A DNA stretch of 64,000 nt from Callorhinchus milii (lineage: Eukaryota). The notes below the pieces were generated by a model, which saw nothing but the letters and a program-made list of their open reading frames with translations, did not search any database and had not been told where the DNA came from. Both the position numbers and the translations under genes were made by a program. Positions 14,161 through 25,776 of the stretch are shown here, one piece after another. The stretch is from contig NW_024704742.1 in the NCBI RefSeq assembly GCF_018977255.1, positions 108,998,001 through 109,062,000 on the forward strand, given 5' to 3'. Within the stretch, counting starts at the first letter, position 1. Each line of letters begins with the position of its first letter.

Positions 14161-14906
14161 CGAATTACACTTAAATTACAATCTCTGATAATTTGGACGC
14201 TGACCTGGACCAACACAATTGACCTTGTGGTCTAAACCGAAACATTTTAAGAAACGTGGAAAATCAGTTTTCGAATTAAGACTGAATTAAAACATTTCCA
14301 AAATTCGACATGATCTTGAACTTCAAGGTAAATATTAAATGTACTGTATCTAAAATGTCAGACCACTTGCTGGGTTACTGAAAATACGTTGCTGCTATCT
14401 AGTGGCTGACATTTTGCAATACAAGTCCATGTTGGTTTCAACAGCCTCACTTTTCATTCTCTCTCTTCCCCCTCTCCCCTCCCTCACCCAGACATTGGAT
14501 TAAACTGATTTTTTTACAAATATACTCTCCTTCACTTTCCCCATATACCACCCACCCCAGGACATATTTTTAAATATACAGCATAAAGTGGTGGGGGAAA
14601 ACCCCACCAGCCCCTAAGAACTCCCCAGCAGTAATTTCAAAATTCCTCACCAATAAATTGCCCTTCCATAATATAATAATAATAAATTCTGTTTAAAATG
14701 GCAATCACTATTTAGGCAGTTTTTACAGAATTTTAGGAAAAATTTTATAAAATATTTAACAATGAAAGACATTGTATGATGGTTACTTATTAGATTCCTT
14801 ATTTCATCTTATTTCAATCATTCTAAGGTTTGAAATATACAAGAAGCATTTCTACAGATGAAGCATTGTTTCATCTGTAGAAATGTTCCCCTTAGTTTGC
14901 TCATGC

Positions 14907-14908
<2 letters not shown>

Positions 14909-14937
<29 letters not shown>

Positions 14938-15242
14938 CCTTGCATTTGATATAGCGCTTTTCACGTCAGGAGGACGTCCCAAAGCGCTTCACAGAACACA
15001 CTGTAAAGTGAATTGACTGTATATTTGTGGGCGAATGCGGCAGCCAATTGCGCACAGCAATGTCCCACAAACAGTCGTAGATTGAAAATGACCAATTTAA
15101 TTATTGTTTTTGTTTTTTGGAGGGATTATTATTAGGCGTGTGGAGTAAGGAAACTTGCCCAAGGTTTTGCCCTGCCTGGAATTGAACTCGGGTCTCTCAC
15201 TTGCAAAGCGAGTGCTCTAACCACTGAGCTACAGGACTCCAC
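14909..15242 (-). mobile_element. Young full-length tRNA-headed SINE
   Basis: Minus strand reads gtggagtcctgtagctcagtggttagagcactcg (A box)...gagttcaattcc (B box), Deu core, L2-like tail and (att)n. Confidence 0.93.
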
Positions 15243-16922
15243 GTCCACACATATACACACTGTGTTCCCCTTAACTTGCTCATGTATATACAGTGTGTTC
15301 CCCTTAGTTTGCTCATGTATATACACTGTGTTCCACTTAGTTTGCTCATGTATATACACTTGTGTTCCCCTTAGTTTGCTCATGTATATACACTGTGTTC
15401 CCCTTAGTTTGCTCATATACACACAGTGTGTTCCCCTTAGCTTGCTCATGTATATACACTGTGTTCCCCTTAGTTTGCTCATGTATATACACTGTGTTCC
15501 CCTTAGTTTGCTCATATATACACAGTGTGTTCCCCTTAGTTTGCTCATGTATATACAGTGTGTTCCACTTAGTTTGCTCATGTATATACAGTGTGTTCCC
15601 CTTAGTTTGCTTATGTATATACAGTGTGTTCCCCTTAGTTTGCTTATGTATATACAGTGTGTTCCACTTAGTTTGCTCATGTATATACAGTGTGTTCCAC
15701 TTAGTTTGCTCATGTATATACAGTGTGTTCCCCTTAGTTTCCTAGTGTATATACACTGTGTTCCCCTTAGCTTGCTCATGTATATACACTGTGTTCCCCT
15801 TAGTTTGCTTATGTATATACACTGTGTTCCCCTTAGTTTGCTCATGTATATACACTTGTGTTCCCCTTAGTTTGCTCATGTATATACACTGTGTTCCCGT
15901 TAGTTTGCTCATGTATATACACTGTGTTCCCCTTAGTTTGCTCGTGTATATACACTGTGTTCCCCTTAGTTTGCTCATGTATATACACTGTGTTCCCCTT
16001 AGCGTGCTCATGTATATACACTGTGTTCCCCTTAGTTTGCTCATGTATATACAGTGTGTTCCCCTTAGTTTGCTCATGTATATACACTTGTGTTCCCCTT
16101 AGTTTGCTCGTGTATATACACTGTGTTCCCCTTAGTTTGCTCATGTATATACACTGTGTTCCCCTTAGTTTGCTCATGTATATACAGTGTGTTCCCCTTA
16201 GTTTGCTCATGTATATACACTGTGATCCCCTTAGTTTGCTTATGTATATACACTGTGTTCCCCTTACTTTGCTCATGTATATACACTTGTGTTCCCCTTA
16301 GTTTGCTCATGTATATACGGTGTGTTCCCCTTAGTTTGCTTATGTATATACAGTGTGTTCCCCTTAGTTTGCTTGTGTGTACACACTGTGATCCCCTTAG
16401 TTTGCTTATGTATATACACTGTGTTCCCCTTAGTTTGCTCATGTATATACACTTGTGTTCCCCTTAGTTTGCTCATGTATATACAATGTGTTCCCCTTAG
16501 TTTGCTCGTGTATATACAGTGTGTTCCCCTTAGTTTGCTTATGTATATACAGTGTGTTCCCCTTAGTTTGTTCATGTATATACACTGTGTTCCCCTTAGT
16601 TTGCTCATGTATATACAATGTGTTCCTTTTAGTTTGCTCATGTATATACAGTGTGTTCCCCTTAGTTTGCTCGTGTGTACACACTCTGTTCCCCTTAGTT
16701 TGCTCATGTATATACAGTGTGTTCCCCTTAGTTTGCTCATGTATATACAGTGTGTTCCCCTTAGTTTGCTTGTGTATATACACTGTGTTCCCCTTAGTTT
16801 ACTCATGTATACACACACTGTGTTCCCCTTAGCGTGCTCATGTATATACACTGTCCCCCCCTTAATTTGCTTATGTATATACACTGTGTTCCCCTTAGTT
16901 TGCTCATGTATATACAGTGTGT

Positions 16923-17234
16923 TAATAATCCTTGCATTTGGTATAGCGCTTTTCACGTCAGGAGGACGTCCCAAAGCGCTTCACAGAACACACTGTAAAG
17001 TGAATTGACTGTATATTTGTGGGCGAACGCGGCAGCCAATTGCGCACATCAATGTCCCACAAACAGTCGTAGATTGAAAATGACCAATTTAATTATTGTT
17101 TTTGTTTTTTGGAGGGATTATTATTAGGCGTGTGGAGTAAGGAAACTTGCCCAAGGTTTTGCCCTGCCTGGAATTGAACTCGGGTCTCTCACTTGCAAAG
17201 CGAGTGCTCTAACCACTGAGCTACAGGACTCCAC
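16923..17234 (-). mobile_element. Duplicate of the 14909-15242 SINE
   Basis: Nearly identical (3 substitutions seen) with the same right-hand flank gtccacacatatacac. Confidence 0.93.
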
Positions 17235-18595
17235 GTCCACACATATACACACTGTGTTCCCCTTAACTTGCTCATGTATATACAGTGTGTTCCCCTTAGT
17301 TTGCTCATGTATATACACTGTGTTCCACTTAGTTTGCTCATGTATATACACTGTGTTCCCCTTAGTTTGCTCATATACACACAGTGTGTTCCCCTTAGTT
17401 TGCTCATGTATATACAGTGTGTTCCACTTAGTTTGCTCATGTATATACAGTGTGTTCCCGTTAGTTTGCTCATGTATATACAGTGTGTTCCCCTTAGTTT
17501 GCTCATGTATATACACTGTGTTCCCCTTAGTTTGCTCATGTATTTACAGTGTGTTCCCCTTAGTTTGCTCGTGTGTACACACTCTGTTCCTCTTAGTTTG
17601 CTCGTGTATATACACTCTGTTCCCCTTAGTTTGTTTGTGTATATACACTGTGTTCCCCTTAGTTTACTCATGTATACACACACTGTGTTCCCCTTAGCGT
17701 GCTCATGTATATACACTGTCCCCCCCCTTAGTTTGCTCATGTATATACACTTGTGTTCCCCTTGTTTTGCTCATGAATTTACAGTGTTTTCCCCTTAGTT
17801 TGCTCATGTATATACAAACTGTGTTCCCCTTAGTTTGCTCATGTATATACAGTGTGTTCCCCTTAGTTTGCTCGTGTGTACACACTCTGTTTCCCTTAGT
17901 TTGCTCATGTATATAGTGTGTTCCCCTCAGTTTGCTCGGGTGTACACACTGTGCTCCTCAGTTTGCTCGTGTGTACACACTGTGCTCCCCAGTTTGCTCG
18001 TGTGTACACTGTGCTCCCCTCAGTTTGCTCGTGTGTACACACTGTGCTCCCCAGTTTGCTCGTGGGTACACACTGTGCTCCCCAGTTTGCTCGTGTGTAC
18101 ACACTATGCTCCCCAGTTTGCTCATGTGTACACACTGTGCTCCCCCCAGTTTGCTCGTGTGTACACACTGTGCTCCCCTCAGTTTGCTCGTGTGTACACA
18201 CTGTGCTCCCCTCAGTTTGCTCGTGTGTACACACTGTGCTCCCCAGTTTGCTCGTGTGTACACACTGTGCTCCCCAGTTTGCTCGTGTGTACACACTGTG
18301 CTCCCCTCAGTTTGCTCGTGTGTACACACTGTGCTCCCCAGTTTGCTCGTGTGTACACACTGTGCTCCCCAGTTTGCTCGTGTGTACACACTGTGCTCCC
18401 CTCAGTTTGCTCGTGTGTACACACTGTGCTCCCCAGTTTGCTCGTGTGTACACACTGTGCTCCCCTCAGTTTGCTCGTGTGTACACACTGCGCTCCCCAG
18501 TTTGCTCGTGTGTACACACTGCGCTCCCCAGTTTGCTCGTGTGTACACACTGCGCTCCCCAGTTTGCTCGTGTGTACACACTGCGCTCCCCTCAG

Positions 18596-18729
18596 TCTGA
18601 TTCCGGTAGGTTGAACAGGAAGCTTCACAGCTTCAGACTCCTCCTCCCAGTGTGTGTGTGTGTGAGGGCAGTGGGAGGTTGTGACGTGTGCTGTGTCATT
18701 GCCCGAGAGAGCAGAAGAAGAGGGAAGGA
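18596..18729 (+). promoter_or_regulatory. GLRX: GLRX proximal promoter / 5'UTR
   Basis: Only ~135 nt of unique sequence between array and ATG; ETS-like ttccgg (18601) and caggaag (18616), (TG)n, TGACGTG (18682-18688, CRE/UPRE/HRE-like); no obvious TATA. Confidence 0.55.
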
Positions 18730-18936
18730 ATGGCCCAGCAATTTGTAGAGAGTAGAATCTCTTTCGATAAAGTAGTCCTTTTCATTAAACCTACGTGTCC
18801 TTTCTGCATATCAGCGCAGAAGGTGCTGAATAAATACCAGTTCAAGGCTGGGCGACTGCAGATCCATGACATAACCAGCCACCCCGAGGCAAGCAGTGTG
18901 CAGGATTATTTACAGCAAAAAACAGGAGCCCGGACG
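18730..18936 (+). CDS. GLRX: Glutaredoxin-1 coding exon 1
   Basis: gaaATGG; MAQQFVESRISFDKVVLFIKPTCPFC...QDYLQQKTGART; donor ACG|GTGAGT, phase 0. Confidence 0.97.
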
Positions 18937-19280
18937 GTGAGTTCGTCTTTAATACTATTTCATCCTCAACCCACATTATTGCTATTAACTTGTGCGCTCT
19001 CTGACGCTGCTCTTGTGCTCTGTGTGCCCCGGGGATGGCACAGTGTTTCAGATCTCTGGCAAATGTTGCCCATGTTTTCACGTGCCTTCAATTGGTTTTA
19101 TATTTTTGAATCACAGCAATCCTTACAATAGTCTCCATAAAGCCTCCTCCTTCATTCACTGAGGGTCACGAAAGGCTGGTGGGGAGGATAGAGAGGGTTT
19201 GGGGGGGCAGTTACATCAGTTACATAATTCCGAAAAATCCTGTTTTAACTCCACCTACTGGTAACTTGGTAAGCTTTAAA

Positions 19281-19605
19281 TAATAATAATAATAATAATA
19301 ATAATCCTTGCATTTGATATAGCGCTTTTCACGTCGGGAGGACGTCCCAAAGCGCTTTACAGAACACTCTGTAAAGTAAATTGACTGTATATTTGTGGGC
19401 GAACGCGGCAGCCAATTGCGCACAGCAGTGTCCCACAAACAGTCGGGGATTGAAGTGACTAATTTATTATTGGTTTTTTTGGAGGAAGGATTATTATTAT
19501 TAGGTGTGTGGAGTAAGGAAACTTGCTCAAGGTTGCGCCCTGCCGGGAATTGAACTCAGGTCTCTCGCTTGCGAGTGCTCTAACCGCTGAGCTGTAGGAC
19601 TCCAC
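19281..19605 (-). mobile_element. Young tRNA-headed SINE in GLRX intron 1
   Basis: Same family as 14909-15242. Confidence 0.9.
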
Positions 19606-19984
19606 GAGTTGGTTACTGCCCCAGCAGTGATGGTGCTTTATTACTCCTCTTCCAGATAGATACCCATCATCAATCATAATGTTAATAATCTTTGCATTTT
19701 TTGATATAGTGCCTTATCACATCTTTGATTAATTTCTCCCCTCCCCTTTCTTTTCTTTCCTAATGTCTCTTTAAGGCACTCTATTTTAACACCACCTACT
19801 GGGGAATAGTTTAACAGATGCTGGTCACTCACTGGTTAATTGTCCAAGTGACAGTACGTGTATGTGATCATTGATGGAAAATGTTGGTTAAGTTATTTAA
19901 TTGTAAGGATTCTTAGAGTTGAACCCAATCCTACCCTCAGCTCTGCACAAAACTACCCCTCCAGTAATTTGATATGGATCCACT

Positions 19985-20421
19985 AATTCAAGATCCTCAT
20001 CCTCACCTACAAGGCCATTCACAGCTTTGCTCCCTCCTACCTCTCCGACCTACTATCCCCCTACTTACCTCCTGTACCCTCCGTTCCTCTGGCTCCGGTC
20101 TGCTCCACATCCCCCGCCCCAACCGCCCTACCATCGGTGGCCGGGCCTTCAGCCTCTCAGCCCCGAGGCTATGGAGCTCTATCCCCCAGTGCCTTCGCCG
20201 CCTCCTCCCTTTCCTCCTTCAAGGCCGGTCTCAAGACCTTTCTCTTTGACCGTGCCTTCAGCTCCCCTCTCGACTCTCTACCCCCTCCTCGCTCCCTCCC
20301 TTCCCTCCCCTCACCCTGACCATTTCCCCCTGCTCGGGTCCTGACCCAACTGTACAGCGCCTTGGGATGTCCACCCGATGTGAAAGGCGCTCTATAAATG
20401 CAATCTTGTTGTTGTTGTTGT
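19985..20421 (+). mobile_element. Young L2 3' fragment in GLRX intron 1
   Basis: Near-identical to the 27813-28608 and 57305-58366 copies; (ttg)n tail. Confidence 0.92.
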
Positions 20422-22458
20422 AATGCATGCTGATCACATCCTTGTGCCAACCTGGTTGTGATCAGTTAAAAGCACAAACCGTTGAGCTTAGCTACTCACT
20501 TAATAAATCCTGAGATATTGTCAAAACTTTTTAATGAATTTGATAAGAACTGTCAGGGAAATTGTCATTCAATTTAATTGCATCACAGAATGGAACAGAT
20601 TCATACCAATACTTCCAAGGATCTGCCTTGAATGTAGCCATTTTAGTTATGGTGTGTTAGATTGTATTTTTAACTGATAGTTTCTCAAACGTCTCAAACC
20701 AGTTAGTACGTGTCTATTCACTACTACCTTCCAGAGTGTAAATTTAATTCTTGATTGAAGATGATAATGAATCCTGCAGGTCCAATGTTACAAGTAGAGT
20801 GTAGTCTCTAAAAGGGAATGTTTACTTTCTTAAATAAACTTTTTCGTAACAAACTAAACCTTGATACTTTCACTTTATTTCTCTCCCCCACTTGTAGTAA
20901 CTTTGAACTTGGTCTAGATACAATACAATGCTGGGAAACACACCATTGTTGGAGGTGCTATTCTTCAAGTGAAACTTTACACTGAGGTCTCAGTTGCTTT
21001 TTTTAGGTAGACGTTAAAGATCCAATGGCACTATTCGGAAGAGAAGGACATTTCTCCCAGTGTCCTGGACAACAATCTTCCAGACAAAACTGGTCACTCA
21101 CTTCATGGCAGTATTGTGAGATGTTACTGTGTGCAATTTGGCTGCACATATAAAATACTGTTTTGCACATATAACAAACACTGTTTGTTACAGTAAATCT
21201 TGTAAAGTGTTTTGAGACAACCTCCTGATGTGAAAGGTGTTGTGTCAAATGCAAGGATTATTTATTGTTTTTTCATGAATATATTAATGAAGAGACCATG
21301 AATTAATGACTAAATGTTGCATTTTATATTACATCACACTGGAGAATAATTGTTTGGTTTTGAAGTAATCAGAATCTATTAGCCAAAGCCCAGGCCAGAT
21401 CGCACACCATAAGTACTTTGCTGATGATCCGAGTCCATGCTCATTATTACTCAATCTTGTGACACTGTAATAGCTAAACATGAGAGCAGAAATCGTTCAG
21501 AATTAAAATCACACACTTAACATGGATTTTAAAGGTTGGGCAAGTTAAATTCCCATAAGCCTCTTGCAAGATTTCATTATGTAACAACCTGCACCTCTGC
21601 CTTTCATCTTTCCAGGATAAAAGTCTTGAAGCAATTCACGAACTGTCATAGAAGGGAGAATTAGGGATGTTGACCAAAAGCAAAGTGGCAGAAGTATGTT
21701 TTTAGCTATGATTTTGAAAGACAGAGAGAGGGAAAGGAAGCAAGGAAAAAGATAAAAAGATTTTCAAAGCACATTGATGTCTGAAAGGCTGTCGATCAGA
21801 ACAGCAACAAACCTGGAAGAAATGAAAGCTGTAGTTAATGTCTGTAAGGATTGGGTGTCAGTTTGTAAATTCAACTAAAGTCTTTGCAAAGTAACCAGAT
21901 TTAACGAATGTATAAATTGCCCAAAACCTGCAATGGGTCAAATAATATTCTGCTATGAAAATAGATTTCTTATGGTTGAAAACATCCGTGTTAAATGCAT
22001 CCATTATCCATTATTCTGGATCTTGCGTGTACCACTTCAGTTTTAAGCCAACTTAGACTGGCTGTCTCTGAGGTGGATTGCCAGCATGCCACATCATCAA
22101 GGGATGAAAGTTTTCCTTCCTCTCAGCAGGCACATCTTTGTGGTATCTCATTAGCCTCTCATCTCAAATGGTTCCCTATGGAGGAGATGCCCCTGTTCAC
22201 CTTCTAGAGTTCTTAACTATGCATAATAAAAACTTTTTAAAAATTGCATGTATATTTCAGTCCTCTATTTTCATTCTATATTTGCCAACTCCAGCGAACC
22301 CTTGGAACATAGCAGTGTTTGGAATGATGAAAACTGGCATATATACCAGTGGATTCAGATGCCTTTAGAGTTGGAAGATTTCTACTAAATAGCTGAGGTG
22401 AATTAAGAGTCATCTTTTGTGTTTCCTGACAGTTCTAGTGAATTCTGTTCTCTTGTAG

Positions 22459-22569
22459 GTTCCCCGTGTCTTCATCGGGGAGAAATGTATCGGAGGTGGT
22501 TCAGATGTTGAGCAGCTGGAACGCAGTGGAAAGCTTAAAGACATGCTGCATAACATAGCTGCCATATGA
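22459..22569 (+). CDS. GLRX: Glutaredoxin-1 coding exon 2
   Basis: ttgtAG|VPRVFIGEKCIGGGSDVEQLERSGKLKDMLHNIAAI*; completes the TVP and GG motifs; 105 aa in total; a donor CAG|GTAAA follows at 22575/22576. Confidence 0.97.
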   Translation, partial: VPRVFIGEKCIGGGSDVEQLERSGKLKDMLHNIAAI

Positions 22570-22766
22570 CACCAGGTAAAATATAAATTGCTGTGTTGAG
22601 ATTTCCTGAGCACGTAGAAAGATGGGGCTCATATCCTTCATTAACAAATTGTCGAGGGATATTTGTGGACAAATTCAATTCCTAAGGAGTCCTATTGCGT
22701 ATTGAATCCATTCCAAACCAACCTACTGAAGATCTTTATGGGTTTGACTGTAAGGGTTCTAGAGTT

Positions 22767-23151
22767 GTGGAGCCCTGTAGCATATTGGTTAGAGCACTCG
22801 TCTCGCAAGCGAGAGGATCCCGGTTCAATTCCTGGGCAGGGTGAAACATTAGGCAAGCTTCCTTACTCCACACGCCTCTTTTTACTAGCAGTAAGTAGGA
22901 ACCCGGTTGTTAGTAAATTGGTGGATCGCTTTTCTGAGAGTAATAATCCCTTCAAAAATAAAATTTTAAAAAATAATAATTTGGTCACTCAATCCACGAC
23001 TGTTTGTGGGACACTGCTGTGCACAATTGGCTGCTGTGTTTTGCCCACAAAATATACAGTGAATTCAATTTACTGTATATTCTGTGAAGCACTTTGAGAC
23101 GCCTTGAAGACTAGATAAGGCGTTATATCAAATGCGAGGATTATTATTATT
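22767..23151 (+). mobile_element. tRNA-headed SINE, longer subfamily
   Basis: A/B boxes, extra internal segment (gcagtaagtaggaacccggttg), Deu core, (att)n tail. Confidence 0.9.
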
Positions 23152-25119
23152 AAAATCCTATGAACTGCTTTAAGTTGCCCTCCCAACATGAAGGCACTAT
23201 ATCAAAGGATTTTTTTTTATAATTTCAACTGTGAGCCATTTAAAGCTGCCAGCCGGACCACCCTGTATTCAACCAAGCCCTGTTTAGATGGACATTAAAG
23301 TTAACAAGAGAAGGGATTTTCTCCTAGTGTCCTGGTATTCATTTCATGGCAGTTTGTGCAACGTTATTATGCATAAACTAGCTGTTGTGCTCCGCTACAA
23401 ATACACAGTCACTGCACTTTACAGTAAATCCCATGAAGTGCTTTGATATGTTTCAATGATGTGATAAAGCACAATATCAAGTGTATGTTTTATTTTGGCA
23501 TTGGAGCGATTGTTGACCTTCTTAGCTTCTGCTGTGGTTTTGGTGTGAAATCACTGGTTCCAGAGTAGGAAGAAGAGCCCAGTGCCTCCTAGTGAGGGAC
23601 TGCTAGCAGCATACCATGGCTGCTGTGGGCATATGGACATGTTTCTCATAACTTGACCTCGCTGAGGGCTGTGTCAGTGGAGACCACACCGTTTCCATTT
23701 GGCTATGACTAAACTGTGCACGTAGTGACAAATTGAGGTTGTTGTAAATTTCTTAGCGATGGGCTCCTGTCTCTCTGGATACTTAGTGCTTAATTTCAGT
23801 GCCTTAATCATCCGGCACCTGGGAGATGGTTTGCAGAGACAGCTGTAAATTTGCTGCTGTTATAGAATTGTCAGAAGTGCTGTATCGTACATTAGACGTG
23901 TGCTGCAAAACAAGGGGTTACAGTCTCAATGTCTAATATATCTACGGTGATTACCAGATGATCCAGTGTATAAATGCACAGTTCCCAGAACACACAGGGA
24001 AACTTTCTTTCGAATCATGATTTTTTTGTTGAAATGGATTATGTTGTGTAATGGTAAATCAATGCAGGAGATGGCGCTGTTTGTTGTTGACGGGTTCAGT
24101 TTCCCATTCATTTGTGTGGCCAGAATGATAGCGAGAGATTTATTTCTCTCTTTCCCCCTGACCCTTATGATCGTTTTGGAGAGATGCAGGTGCAATCACA
24201 AGATAGGATTGTTGTACATTGTATGGTCCCAATCTGCTATTAGAAAGAATGCAACAATCTCAAGTATATTTGATATTGTGCCATTTTAATACTAGCTGGT
24301 TTAATAACTATTCAATGGAGTACAACGTGTACCATCTTAAATGGTAATATATACACTGAACAAAAAAGTAACTCTTAGTGGATGCAGTTTGATAAAGCAC
24401 TATAGGTATTCATTGTAATAATTTTCAGGAGTGGTAATGCCTTAATATTGTGGTGTTAATGCTACTGTTAAAACAATCTGCCAATTATATTTAAAAATAA
24501 GAGTTCCTGCAAGTCCACTTGCATTCCCAATTGTCAGGCTGGGATTGCTGTAGTAATACTTTCCTTTCTCTTATAGCTTGACCTCGCTTCATGGGCCTTA
24601 CGTATTGTGCAGTGACAGATGTGATATAGAATCTTCACATCTTTCACAGTAATTGATCCAGATGGCCAGGATTAGGTGGGATTTTCTGTGTTAAGGATAT
24701 GCCTAGCCCTTTCTGAAATCCAAGGCCTATTTAAAAGAGAAACAAAATGTGTATTTTCAATTAACGTATAGCACTCTAAACATCTTGAAAATATGAGCCA
24801 CAATCTTCATTTTCAAAGGGCCAAAGTAGTCATCGTGACTGTGGTGAAACCCAGCTTGGTTGTCAAATGCAGTGTTCCTAAATTCGTTCAAAGATTGGCT
24901 TAGGCTTGACCCAAAGAACTTCACACGGTATTGTAGAGAAGGTTTCTTTTTCATGCACACACTCCACAGGTTCCCAGCTCACTTGTGCCTGCGAGATACC
25001 AGTTCTTTTAAACTCTCAATGAACTGCCACATCCCACTAGTCCTGTTGAGCTATTTGAGGCTTTTTTTTAAAAAAAATCACATTGGGAGGATGTGCCATA
25101 GTGCTGGACAGCCAAGAGT

Positions 25120-25590
25120 TTGAGCAGGTTGGAATCAAAAGAGCAGAAGATGGGGGTGGGAGGATGACTGAAGGAAGACATGGTCAAAGAGGAAGGTCTT
25201 GAGATGGGCCTTGAGGTAAGGGAGGGGGTAAGATGGAAGGGCTCCTGGATGGAGGTAGAAAGGCTGAAGGCCTGACTGCCAATGGTGGGGCAGGCAGGGT
25301 GGGGGATATGGAGCAGGCCAGTGCCCGCTGAGCAGAGGGAGCAGATAGGTTGGTGTGGTGTCAGTGGGTCAGAATGGTAAGAAGGAGCAAGACCATGGAG
25401 GGCTTTAAAAGCGAGGACTAAACTTGCTCCTCTGGGGGATGGGGAGCCAGGCGAGGGTGGGGGTGATCAGCTTTCAGAGCCTGGTGCGGGAGAGGACATG
25501 AGCTTCAGATTTCTGAATAATCTGCAGCTTGTGGAAGGAAAAGTTGGGAAGTCCAGCGAGAGGGGAATTAGCATAATCAAACCTGGATGT
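25120..25590 (-). mobile_element. Older L2 fragment ~70 nt past the RHOBTB3 stop, sense to that gene
   Basis: Purine-rich on +; ctctgggggatggggagccag and gagcctggtgcggga shared with the young L2 copies. Confidence 0.8.
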
Positions 25591-25660
25591 GGTAAAAAAA
25601 GGTACAAGCTTTAAATGTTCAATCTTTCAACAGGTATCCAAGGGTTGGTTGCTGAGTGAT

Positions 25661-25776
25661 TTACATGAGACTGCAGCGAGACCTCCTGGAGTGCATGTGA
25701 TGTCTGTATTCTGTCAGCTCCTGCAAGTACACACTTGAAGGCCATCTGTGATTCTCCACAAAAGCTTGCTCTTCTT
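25661..25776 (-). CDS. RHOBTB3: RHOBTB3 terminal coding exon
   Basis: tttgtacAG, phase 1; (E)EEQAFVENHRWPSSVYLQELTEYRHHMHSRRSRCSLM*; ends in CaaX. Confidence 0.95.

Larger units (their letters stand above)
14884..18595. repeat. 33-bp (31/34-bp variants) minisatellite, roughly 90 units, with two embedded SINE copies
   Basis: Distal unit gtgttccccttagtttgctcatgtatatacact; proximal unit gtgctcccc(tc)agtttgctcgtgtgtacacact; explains all the 11-aa periodic ORFs at 15.1-18.7 kb. Confidence 0.98.

Noticed and set aside
15255..18595. CRISPR-like array
   Set aside because: Head-to-tail repeats with no unique spacers, no cas genes, vertebrate context.
15132..18748. Many long overlapping ORFs (MSKLRGTQCIY repeats etc.)
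   Set aside because: Stop-free frames of a 33-bp minisatellite on both strands; no splice or homology support.
18688..19131. 147-aa single-exon GLRX as in the ORF track
   Set aside because: Uses a non-ATG start and reads through the GTGAGT donor; the spliced 105-aa product fits the family.
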